Assembly (NCBI GenBank): GCA_963706325.1
Contig: CAVPLT010000002.1
Location: 128,001 to 192,000 of the forward strand
From: an uncultured Nitrospiraceae bacterium
Lineage (GTDB): Bacteria > Nitrospirota > Nitrospiria > Nitrospirales > Nitrospiraceae
Length of the DNA stretch: 64,000 bases
Direction of reading: 5' to 3'
The stretch's first letter is position 1; every line of letters begins with the position of its first letter. Both the position numbers and the translations under genes were made by a program. Of this stretch, positions 10,712 to 19,912 are shown in pieces. The notes below the pieces were generated by a model. It was not told where the DNA came from. It searched no databases and saw only the letters and a program-made list of their open reading frames with translations.

Positions 10712-12076
10712 ATGGTTGAAGTTCCGGTTAAAATGTATCTCGATAAGTTATTGAAATTGTCTCGGGAAGCTGTGCGCCCGTTCGCTCTCATATCGGGTCC
10801 CGTGCGGGACAGGGCCTTGCGAGCAATGGCGACGAATCTCGCGGAGGCGGAAGAGGCCATCTTGGCCGCCAACGAGAAAGATGTGGATGCGGTCGGAAAA
10901 TCGATGGCCGGATATGAAAATCGAGAACGCGTACGGGACGCGGTGGCGCGAGTTCGCATGACAGCTGATGACGTGAAGGCGATGGTGGATCGACTGCACC
11001 GAATCGCCGACCTGCCCGATCCTCTCGGCGAGGTTATGGGTCGTCACGATGAGTCCAATGGGCTTCAGGTCAGTCGCGTTCGTATTCCGATCGGGGTCAT
11101 CGGTATTGTCTCTGAATTGGCGCCGCTGGAGACGATCGACGCGCTGGCACTCTGCTTGAAATCGGGCAATGTGTGCGTCTTTCGCGGCTCACCCGATTGG
11201 ACGTTGACTCAGCAGACCATCGCCGAGTGCTTGAACCGTGCGACTGCAGATGCAGGTATTCCCTCCGGCGCCTGCACCATCATCGACCGTCCGGAGAAAG
11301 AGGCGGCGCTGGAGCTGATCAAATCGGGAAAGGCATTGGACGCGATCATTCCCCGCGGTGGCGCCGGGCTCCGAAAGGTCGTTCAAGAACAGGCCAAGAT
11401 GCCGATCTTGTGTCATGACGGCGGCATTACCCATGTCTATATCGACGACGACGTGGAGATTCCACTCGCGCAAAACATTGTGGTGAATTCGAAGGTACAG
11501 CTGCCGGCTGCGGCCAACGCGCTGGATACGCTGCTAGTCCATCAGGGTATCGCGAGACCGCTTTTGTCGGCGCTGATTCTTCGATTGCTCGACGAATTCA
11601 AGATCGATGTGTACGGCTGTCCGAAGACCGTGTCATTGATGGGGCAGATGCTCATGACGGGCCACAAGGCCGTCAAACCGGCCCAAGATCAGGATTGGAA
11701 CAAACAGTTCCAAGGTCCGAGCATGGCCATCAAAATGGTGTCGAGTTTCGATGAAGCCCTGGACCACATCGCGAAGCATGGGCCAAGCCACACCTGCGTC
11801 ATCGTTACGAAATCATATGACTCTGCCATGCGCTTCACGAAGGAGGTCGACGCAGGGACCGTTCTGGTCAACGCTTCCTCGCGATTGAACGCAGGTGACA
11901 GCCTGGGCCTGGGTGCCGATGTCGGATTGAGTTCAACTCGGCAGCATGCGCGAGGACCGATCGGCCTCGAACAACTCACGTGCGAAAAGTATGTCGTCTT
12001 CGGCAGCGGGCAACTACGGCATCCGCATCCGGTGCCGCTGGCCTATGAAGACGCCATCATGCTGAAAAGGCCGTAA
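10712..12076 (+). CDS. proA: Gamma-glutamyl phosphate reductase-like protein (divergent ProA paralog)
   Basis: IIPRGGAGL, VNASSR and HARGPIGL match the ProA family, but the usual CNA motif reads ANA. Confidence 0.75.
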   Translation: MVEVPVKMYLDKLLKLSREAVRPFALISGPVRDRALRAMATNLAEAEEAILAANEKDVDAVGKSMAGYENRERVRDAVARVRMTADDVKAMVDRLHRIADLPDPLGEVMGRHDESNGLQVSRVRIPIGVIGIVSELAPLETIDALALCLKSGNVCVFRGSPDWTLTQQTIAECLNRATADAGIPSGACTIIDRPEKEAALELIKSGKALDAIIPRGGAGLRKVVQEQAKMPILCHDGGITHVYIDDDVEIPLAQNIVVNSKVQLPAAANALDTLLVHQGIARPLLSALILRLLDEFKIDVYGCPKTVSLMGQMLMTGHKAVKPAQDQDWNKQFQGPSMAIKMVSSFDEALDHIAKHGPSHTCVIVTKSYDSAMRFTKEVDAGTVLVNASSRLNAGDSLGLGADVGLSSTRQHARGPIGLEQLTCEKYVVFGSGQLRHPHPVPLAYEDAIMLKRP

Positions 12077-12114
12077 GGCGTGAAACGTGAAGCGTATCTC
12101 GTTGAGAGGACTCT

Positions 12115-13338
12115 GTGCCTTGCGATACGAATGACGAGCTACAAGCGTCGCTTCACGATCACTTAGCTTGGTGGGGGCTTCGGCATGTTGAGTCCGACGC
12201 CGCCTATTTCTCATGGCAACGAGAAGTTTTGACTCCGCAAGAAGTTGCGACGCTCCACCAACACATCGAAGCCAAGCGACTGCCGACCGCCGGTCCCTCC
12301 GCTGAAATCGCCTTCTACGATCTGACGGCCCAGCCCCGATCGGTGCCTGCCCTCTACAGTCAGCGATACGAATATTATCTCCAGGTCGGATCACGCGTCG
12401 CGCGCCATCTGCACGATGCGACATCCGTGCTCGATGTCGGCTGCGGGATCGGCATCCTCACCACGTTTTATGCGCAACAGCATCCGAACTGTACCGTGCT
12501 CGGGGTGGACCGTTCACCGGCCTCCATCGATCTCGCCCGGCAGCGGGGACAGACGCTGGGACTCACGAATCTGCGCTTTGACTGTCTGGATGTCGATCAG
12601 CAGGCGTTCGCCGGCGAGGTTGATGTGATTATTGCGACGCACACGTTGCTGCAGGCCGAGCAGGACCCCGGTCTGCCCAGTCGCGACTGGAGCACCTTCG
12701 AGCGTTCGGCCGATGCGAAGGCCCAGCAGCAGTTTGAGGAGAGAACCGGTTTAGGTGTTCGGCTTGATCGCCTCCGCGCCGGGTTGACGACGCAAGGTCG
12801 AGTGATCGTATTCGAAAAGACCAGGCAACTGGCCCGACGCGTGCCGTTTCAACGGGCACTGGCCGCGCGGGGCCTACACATGCTCACGCCGCCAGAGCCT
12901 GTGCGGTATCGACTGGTGGAGGAAGTGACGGACGACGGACCCTTGTATGCGCTTAGTGTCAAACTTCCCGAAACGGTTCTGGGGTGGGATGAATTACCGG
13001 AGCCGGCTGAGGCCCCGACGTTCGATCTCGAGAAGCCTCGATCGGTTCGCGCCCAAGGAGAGGAACCTCTGTATGAAAACCATGCAAGTTCTGCGGAACA
13101 GGCATGGATGAAGTTGCCGGATAAGCAGGTGCTGGAGCAGGCCACTCACGAAGACTCGGATGGCCGGCAATTACATGTGGAAAGGGGAAGGGCAGCGGGT
13201 TTGCACTATCTCTATTGCGCGAATACCTATGATCAACGTCAACTCGTGATCATTGAACCGGCTCGCGCCGCCGTGCTGGAAACATACTATCGCGAGGTCA
13301 CCAGCGATATACAGAACAATGCCACGGGGCGCTCGTGA
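12115..13338 (+). CDS. Class I SAM-dependent methyltransferase
   Basis: VLDVGCGIG motif I and VLGVDRS motif II; long uncharacterised C-terminus. Confidence 0.8.
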   Translation: MPCDTNDELQASLHDHLAWWGLRHVESDAAYFSWQREVLTPQEVATLHQHIEAKRLPTAGPSAEIAFYDLTAQPRSVPALYSQRYEYYLQVGSRVARHLHDATSVLDVGCGIGILTTFYAQQHPNCTVLGVDRSPASIDLARQRGQTLGLTNLRFDCLDVDQQAFAGEVDVIIATHTLLQAEQDPGLPSRDWSTFERSADAKAQQQFEERTGLGVRLDRLRAGLTTQGRVIVFEKTRQLARRVPFQRALAARGLHMLTPPEPVRYRLVEEVTDDGPLYALSVKLPETVLGWDELPEPAEAPTFDLEKPRSVRAQGEEPLYENHASSAEQAWMKLPDKQVLEQATHEDSDGRQLHVERGRAAGLHYLYCANTYDQRQLVIIEPARAAVLETYYREVTSDIQNNATGRS

Positions 13339-14186
13339 CCATGTCTTCCACTGATCAGCCTGAACCCTCCGGGGTGACCGAGTCGGAAGTGGTAGGTATC
13401 GTGCCTGCCGCAGGACTCGCGAAGAGACTACAGCCCTTTCCTGGCAGCAAGGAGGTGTTTCCGGTCGGCTTCGCGATCGATAAGGACACCGGGATGCCTC
13501 GCCCCAAAGTGGCGGCGCACTATCTGCTGGAAAAATTCCGGGCTGCCGGCATCACTAGGGCCTACGTCGTGATTCGTGACGGCAAGTGGGACATTCCAAA
13601 TTACTTTCGCGACGGCCGTTTGGTGGATCTATCGCTTGCCTATATCGTCATTCCAGGATCACTGGGCGCCCCCGACACCATCGACCGTGCCTATCCCTTT
13701 CTCGAAGAGAAGCGCGTGGCATTCGGTTTCCCCGATATTCTCTTCGGTCCTGACGATGCCTATCGACAGCTCATCGAGACGCAGGAGCGGACCCGTGCCG
13801 AGGTGGTACTGGGGTTGCATCGGGTCTACAATCATCGAGTCTGGGACATGGTCGATTGCAAAGCCGATGGTCGTGTAAGGAGTATCGTCATGAAGCCGGT
13901 TTCGACGATCTTGACCCACGGCTGGTGTTGCGCAGTCTGGACGCCGGTTTTTTCGACCTTCCTGCATCGCTTCCTTCGCGCAGACGACACCCGTCGCAAG
14001 TTGGGAAAGCTGGCGAGCAAGGCCAACGATCTCGGCGGAGACCTCGCGATGGGTGTCGTGCTGCAGGCTGCCCTCAAAGAAGGGTTGCCGGTGCAGAGCG
14101 TGATCTTCCCCCACGATACATACATCGACATCGGGACGCCTGAAGACCTCCTCAAGGCTGTGCGTCAATTTCAGCCGCCGGAATGA
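13335..14186 (+). CDS. Sugar-phosphate nucleotidyltransferase (dTDP-glucose pyrophosphorylase-like)
   Basis: GIVPAAGLAKRL..SKE N-terminal motif and C-terminal YIDIGTPEDL. Confidence 0.8.
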   Translation: MTMSSTDQPEPSGVTESEVVGIVPAAGLAKRLQPFPGSKEVFPVGFAIDKDTGMPRPKVAAHYLLEKFRAAGITRAYVVIRDGKWDIPNYFRDGRLVDLSLAYIVIPGSLGAPDTIDRAYPFLEEKRVAFGFPDILFGPDDAYRQLIETQERTRAEVVLGLHRVYNHRVWDMVDCKADGRVRSIVMKPVSTILTHGWCCAVWTPVFSTFLHRFLRADDTRRKLGKLASKANDLGGDLAMGVVLQAALKEGLPVQSVIFPHDTYIDIGTPEDLLKAVRQFQPPE

Positions 14187-14198
14187 GGCTCGGCACAT

Positions 14199-17100
14199 TT
14201 AGGGATAGGTCGCGAGGAGTCTTTCGACGGCCTGTAGGTGTGTTTCTCCTTCCTTGGCCTTGAACTGTCGTCGACAGGCAGCACAGAGGCGGAGGCGACC
14301 GGCGATCGAACGCACGTCCCGATCTTCATTGTAAAAAAATGGACAGTCGGCAGGCCCGACACCACGGCGATGGGGCGTGAGGTCTGCCACGACCGCCGCC
14401 GCCAAGTGGGCCATCATCCGTTCGACGGTGCAGTCCTTCTCGTTCAGGTGTTCCAGCACCCCGAAGGTCGAGGCCACGAACAGCGCGTCCCGTCGCCAGA
14501 AATAGAGGTTCCTCGCCGTCCTGCTCCTGAGCGGAAAATTGATCATACACACGAGCTTGTCCACACCCAATTCCTTGGGCTTGGCCTTCAGTCGATCGTA
14601 GAGTGTTTCCGCGACGACAAATGCCTGGTTATTATCTTGTTCGCGTCGCCAGGTTCCGATCGGCGCCGGGAATGACACGGTCTCGAAGGAGTAGATGTTC
14701 TGCGCTTGCGTAAGACGATCACAAATTTCCGGCAAGTGAGGAATCATGCGATGGGCGTTCCACATGCCGATTTTGATCCGGTCTTGCATCGCGCGCCGGC
14801 GTCGCCGTACCGTGGCGGTGCGTGTTCGCTCATACTCGGCTGCCGCCCGAGGCAGACAGAGGCGCTGAGCCGGATTCCGCGCAAACACCACGGGCACGGC
14901 CCAATCGATGGCCTCTCCAGAAATCGAATAATTGACTGCCACACGTGCCTCACGGGCGGCGTCGCCGATGGTTTGGCCCATGGCTAGGGCCCAGTAGAAA
15001 TGGCGCGAAAAGGAGGTCGCCGAGACATCCAAAACCGGATACTGGTTGGCGACGACAGCCGGCACGCCACCGGCGATCAGAGCCTGAGCAACGCCGCGGC
15101 TGAAATCCTCCCGTCCCCCTCGCCCGGTCTCGCAGGCATTCAGGCAGACCAGGCGAATGCCGCGCCTGCATAGGATCTGCCGGAGGGTCGAAGAATCCAA
15201 CTCCTGCACGCCGCCATCCGCGTTCTCAAAGACGAGGTACCCGCAGTCTTCCTGCTCCCGATATTCACCATGACCGATGAAATGCAGAATATCGAACGGT
15301 TCACTGGAGGACTCAAGCGTCCGATGCAACAGCTCGGGCGTGGCATCAAGCAGGAGTTGGACTTCAGCCAGATTCGCATCAAGCAAGCGGCGGAATCCGC
15401 TACGGATAACATCAGCTTCCTCCTCAACAGAAAGTTTGGCGAGCCCCAGCGGTTGGGCGACGACCACGAGAATACGCATGGGACCGCCCCGGGCTGGAAT
15501 ACGTTCGGCGGGAATAGCGGTGAGGACATTGCGCGTGAAGTTCACTTCTTCGAGCGCAAGGAACGTCCGGCGATCGGGATCATAGACGAATTCCCAGGCT
15601 TGGTCGGCAATCCAATCGATATCCGAGGTAAAGATGAGGTTGAGCCGTTGACTCGTCTGTTCGGATCGCGCCGCATCGTAAAGTCGCCGTACTTGGCCTG
15701 GAAACAGCGCCTTGAACAAGGCTACTCCGAATTGTTGGAGATCATGCTCACCAGGCAGAGCCGGAAACTTTGGATTGCCCTGAATGTACCCCTGAATATG
15801 GTCCTGTGCGGTCTTGATCTGCTGCCATTGAACATCGCCTTTGTCGCCCCTCGATCGTGTGTGTGATGAGCCCTTCTCGGGCCGGGTCCGCAAAGTCTCC
15901 ATCACACGCGCGTTCCGGAAGGTGGCGATAAGCTCCGCTACCTGGTCATCCGGATGCGAATCGACCAGGGCAATCTGAAACACATCATCCGGTTCGGGAC
16001 TTTGAGTGAGGGAGACTGCGACGGGGAGGATTCGAGCGGCCGGCACTGCCTGGGCTGTCGCCATGGCTGGAGCCGGCGAGGACGTGGCCGCCATGCTGGG
16101 CCGCCCGTCTACAGGAACGGCGCTGCGGCGCCTACCGGACGGCAAGTCTTGCTCGATGACAATCGATGTAGCCGGATGCGACTGTCCGCGCAGGGCGCGA
16201 ACCAAAAAATCCACCGTGCCGGGATCCTCAAAGAAGTTCACGTGATTGACCGGCTTGTGCTGCGAGAGGTTCCCGCCTAATCCAAAGCAACCGACGCGAT
16301 CTCCTGGAATCGTGACCGCAGCCCCGCTCCCCGCGTCCACACGCCAGCCGCCTTCCGTCGGCACGACGAGATCGTTGGCCGACGTAAAAAATAGATCGGC
16401 CCCCGCGTCGATGATGCGCTGCAGTACGGTGGTGTCGGGCTCGAAGTTCGCGACCAGCGCCGAATAAGCTTGGTTCGAAGGGCCCGGCGACGCCTGCAAG
16501 AGGCGAATGATATCGCCCTTGTTATCCATCGAGGCCAGGCCGGGTAATCCGCCGACGATGCGATGGGCGATCCACGACAGGGCTTCACTGACGAATTCCA
16601 TGCCTGTTGTGAACGGGTTCTCGGGGAACAGCTCCAATACATTAGACAGCCAGTTGGTGTACTGAGTGACATGGTCCGGCGAAGCCAGGGGTGTCCCTTC
16701 ATTCGGACTCGCGACGAGCACGGCTCGGCCAATGACAAATCGATCGGCCAGCGGACCAAAAAGATCCCGGCGTTCAACCAGGTGGCGCAGGACCAAGCCG
16801 CCGCGCGAATGCGTGATGACGTCAAAGGTCGTCGGGCGATCGGGCAAGGCGTCGAGCAACATCCGTACATTATCCTGGGGGGTACGGCTCAGGGTGAAAT
16901 GATCGAAGCCATAGATGCGATTGCCGTATACGTCCTGCAGTTCTTCAAAGAATCCTTTGCCGTTGCTGCCCTGTGTAAGCGCCAGCCCGTGAAAGGCCGC
17001 TTTCGTGCTGGAAAACGTGCCGTGAAGAAAGAGGAGATTCCGTTCAGATGTAGTTAGCGTCTTCAGATCTGCGGCGGGCAGGTTCGGTTCTTCACCGAGT

Positions 17101-17651
17101 CCCGCGGCGGTTACGGCTAGCCACCCTTCACGTTGTTTTTTGAGTTTCCACGTTGCGGTTTCCCAGAGTAACGCAAGCTTCGAGAGGGCAAAGTCGGCGA
17201 TCTTGCCCGCGATCTTAAGGACCACGGTTTTAATAGCCGCGCTGATAAACCCGCGGCGGCCATCCGCGTCGACGAGAGGAGCCGCCGGCACGGGAATCAG
17301 AAAGCGGTAAATTCTTCGCGCGCCTCGCCGCATGCCGCGGCGAGCGGGTTCCGTCGGCATATGAAAGCGAATTGCCCCGGAGGCGTACCGTGTCATCACC
17401 ACGTATGCTTCATCGGGGCTGCCTTCCACGTCCAGGGTGAGCGGGGCCGGCGCCGCTTCGCCCCGCCGTGCCTTGGGCGTGGCCACAAGAGTCTGTTCGA
17501 CCTCCCAGCGGCTGGTTGCCGTCAGATGGGCTACGAAGGGATCCGGTGCTGCCGCTGCTGCGCGGCGCCCTGCGCGAACCGGCCCTGCAGCACGCACGTC
17601 CCATCCTTCCGCCGTCGACCAGGTGACCTTGCCTGATTTTTTCTGCGCCAT
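14199..17651 (-). CDS. CHAT (caspase-like) domain protein with N-terminal alpha/beta hydrolase
   Basis: FLHGTFSS, THSRGG, NDLVVP (lipase-like); HFIGHG and LNACETG (CHAT His/Cys dyad); Cys-containing C-terminal domain. Confidence 0.85.
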   Translation of the reverse strand: MAQKKSGKVTWSTAEGWDVRAAGPVRAGRRAAAAAPDPFVAHLTATSRWEVEQTLVATPKARRGEAAPAPLTLDVEGSPDEAYVVMTRYASGAIRFHMPTEPARRGMRRGARRIYRFLIPVPAAPLVDADGRRGFISAAIKTVVLKIAGKIADFALSKLALLWETATWKLKKQREGWLAVTAAGLGEEPNLPAADLKTLTTSERNLLFLHGTFSSTKAAFHGLALTQGSNGKGFFEELQDVYGNRIYGFDHFTLSRTPQDNVRMLLDALPDRPTTFDVITHSRGGLVLRHLVERRDLFGPLADRFVIGRAVLVASPNEGTPLASPDHVTQYTNWLSNVLELFPENPFTTGMEFVSEALSWIAHRIVGGLPGLASMDNKGDIIRLLQASPGPSNQAYSALVANFEPDTTVLQRIIDAGADLFFTSANDLVVPTEGGWRVDAGSGAAVTIPGDRVGCFGLGGNLSQHKPVNHVNFFEDPGTVDFLVRALRGQSHPATSIVIEQDLPSGRRRSAVPVDGRPSMAATSSPAPAMATAQAVPAARILPVAVSLTQSPEPDDVFQIALVDSHPDDQVAELIATFRNARVMETLRTRPEKGSSHTRSRGDKGDVQWQQIKTAQDHIQGYIQGNPKFPALPGEHDLQQFGVALFKALFPGQVRRLYDAARSEQTSQRLNLIFTSDIDWIADQAWEFVYDPDRRTFLALEEVNFTRNVLTAIPAERIPARGGPMRILVVVAQPLGLAKLSVEEEADVIRSGFRRLLDANLAEVQLLLDATPELLHRTLESSSEPFDILHFIGHGEYREQEDCGYLVFENADGGVQELDSSTLRQILCRRGIRLVCLNACETGRGGREDFSRGVAQALIAGGVPAVVANQYPVLDVSATSFSRHFYWALAMGQTIGDAAREARVAVNYSISGEAIDWAVPVVFARNPAQRLCLPRAAAEYERTRTATVRRRRRAMQDRIKIGMWNAHRMIPHLPEICDRLTQAQNIYSFETVSFPAPIGTWRREQDNNQAFVVAETLYDRLKAKPKELGVDKLVCMINFPLRSRTARNLYFWRRDALFVASTFGVLEHLNEKDCTVERMMAHLAAAVVADLTPHRRGVGPADCPFFYNEDRDVRSIAGRLRLCAACRRQFKAKEGETHLQAVERLLATYP

Positions 17652-18357
17652 GATCTGCCCCCAAGTTTGTCAGTATGACTGATGCGATTCTGTTGTTAGG
17701 TCGCATTGCGAATCGTTCGCATCTCGATCCGCAGTGCGTCACACAACATGATCCCGACCCCACCTCCGTGAGATTCGTGGCCAATCGGGCTCGCCGCGCT
17801 TATCCCACAATGGGAGAAATCAGGCAAGCCTTTCCTAAAGAGTTTTCGAAATCTAGGTATGTTATCGCCAGGAATGATGGTGGGCAGTGCATGCGGGAGA
17901 AGCAGACTGATCGACCCGGTGGAACCAGGCGGAAACTGCGGTGAGCTCAGTCTTCCATAGACTGTTGAGTGACCACCTGGTCGTCCGAGACGAAAACGAC
18001 GGACCTCTCGAGCCGTACGATGTGATTGATGATCACGAATTCCGATCAGCGGGCTACCATGGCCGTTGGTCTTCTACGATCAACTGTACCTCATGAGCCT
18101 GTGCGCTCGTGCTTCGGTGGGCTTCCCGACATGCGGCAATCGCCGCAACGGGCTGTCGGCGGCGTCTCACCCGTTTATATCCAGTCGGCCGCTAGCCTTC
18201 ATGATCAGGAACCCTCAGCGAGGTCTTGAGCATCGAAGCGCGCGCATCTAAAGGTAGGCGAAGGCGACCAGTACGTCTGCTGCATGATAGGTAGGGACAT
18301 AGCGAGGGCCGACGGTATACCTATACAGACAACGTGACGGGTTGGCTGAGCGGCCGC

Positions 18358-19098
18358 CTATGGACATCCGCTCGCACAATTTCCGCCATGCAAAGCCTGT
18401 GTTGTGGTCATGTTCATGCGCAAGGATTCATCGACGGACAGCCGAAAATTGGTTTTGAGCGCGTCCGTGGCAAGGATCGGCCGGCCTTCGAACAATGACT
18501 GAGGTTCACTGAGAAAGGGCCCGATAGCCATGGCCTGACTGAGGCCGGCGATATGGGATTGATGAGTCTTTACGCTTTCCTGAACCGGTCCGATGAGGCT
18601 CGAAGTCCTATCGCGCGGAGTGATGATACTCTCGGGCAGAATCGTTCGTGTTTGAAGGACCTGCCTCTTTCCATTATAACTGAAAGCCGGTACCCTCATG
18701 ACAGTGATAGATTTACTAGACCCCTTGCCGACAGACCTAACCAGAGCTTGATTGATTACAGTATTCCTGCGAAATGACTGGCTCCAGCAGGTATTCCCGC
18801 TACCTATCCATTGGTTGGAACGGGTGCTTCTCAAGAGTGGTGCGGCTTCCAGAACCAAAGCAGGCAAGAGGTCTCGCTGAACGGTTAAGGTCAGCGGTAA
18901 CGAGGTATCCTTCCAACTCGTGATGCCTTCGATGGCGCCGCTGCGGGACATCTCAACTGACTGACAATCAGCCGGTGAGGCCAGAGCCGCAGGGGCGGCC
19001 AGACCCATGAGCAAGGTGACACCGACGAGTGCCGGAATGATCCGAGATACATGTTCGAGCTCACTGGGCTGCGCATGCTGTTGGAATTGAGGCGTCAT
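18358..19098 (-). CDS. Hypothetical secreted protein
   Basis: AAGGAGG RBS; hydrophobic signal ending APAALA; 246 aa. Confidence 0.6.
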   Translation of the reverse strand: MTPQFQQHAQPSELEHVSRIIPALVGVTLLMGLAAPAALASPADCQSVEMSRSGAIEGITSWKDTSLPLTLTVQRDLLPALVLEAAPLLRSTRSNQWIGSGNTCWSQSFRRNTVINQALVRSVGKGSSKSITVMRVPAFSYNGKRQVLQTRTILPESIITPRDRTSSLIGPVQESVKTHQSHIAGLSQAMAIGPFLSEPQSLFEGRPILATDALKTNFRLSVDESLRMNMTTTQALHGGNCASGCP

Positions 19099-19276
19099 GG
19101 AAGCCTCCTTTCTCCTCTAATCGTCTGTGTCAATTAGACACGACATCCGCGCCGCCGGGGATAAGTCAGGGCCCAATTCCCGTGCCGGATGTTATGCGAG
19201 GCATGTGTGGGATCTTCCCTACAGGCGGTAGAGAGCCGAGAGGCTGTGGAGAAAAGATATGAGAAAAAAGAGGGCC

Positions 19277-19912
19277 TTACACGATTAAACGATGTTCGAG
19301 CGCGTAGCGGGTGAGGTCTGCGGTCGATTTGAGATGAAGTTTTTCCACAATACGGGCTCGGTAGGTACTCACGCTCTTCACACTCAAGGAAAGCTCCTCG
19401 GCGATATTCGTGACGGTTTTTCCGTGAGCAATCAAGCCCAGAACCTGAAATTCCCTGTCGGATAACTTTGTATGCGGAGGCTGGTTGGCATCTCCTTGCT
19501 GGAGTTGAGTGGCGAGCAGATCAGCGACAGAAGGACGTATATACTTCCCGCCACCCATGATTTTTCGAATCGCCTGGACCAACTCCTCGGGAATGCTCTC
19601 TTTGGTCAGATACCCGGCGGCTCCGGCCCGCAGAACGCGTACCGCGAATTGGTCTTCCGGATGCATACTCAACACGAGGACAGGAATTTCAGGGTGACCC
19701 GCCTTCAGCTCATGGAGGGCGTCCAGTCCGCTTCTGCCGGGCATCGTCAGGTCCAGCACGATGACATTCCATCGATGCTTACCTGCTTGTTCGAGCAGTT
19801 CCGGGGCAGTGGAAGCCTCCCCAATCATGACGCCCGGGAATTCATCGGTCAGCACTTGGGTCACCCCTCGGCGCACAAAGGGATGATCATCGGCGATCAG
19901 TATCCGTATCAT
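19277..19912 (-). CDS. NarL/LuxR family response regulator
   Basis: ILIADDH receiver, LDLTMP, LSDREFQVL...GKT HTH; ATGA overlap with the kinase. Confidence 0.95.
   Translation of the reverse strand: MIRILIADDHPFVRRGVTQVLTDEFPGVMIGEASTAPELLEQAGKHRWNVIVLDLTMPGRSGLDALHELKAGHPEIPVLVLSMHPEDQFAVRVLRAGAAGYLTKESIPEELVQAIRKIMGGGKYIRPSVADLLATQLQQGDANQPPHTKLSDREFQVLGLIAHGKTVTNIAEELSLSVKSVSTYRARIVEKLHLKSTADLTRYALEHRLIV

Noticed and set aside
17675..18350. Short ORFs upstream of the CHAT gene as possible protease substrates
   Set aside because: No convincing RBS, motif or protein-like composition.
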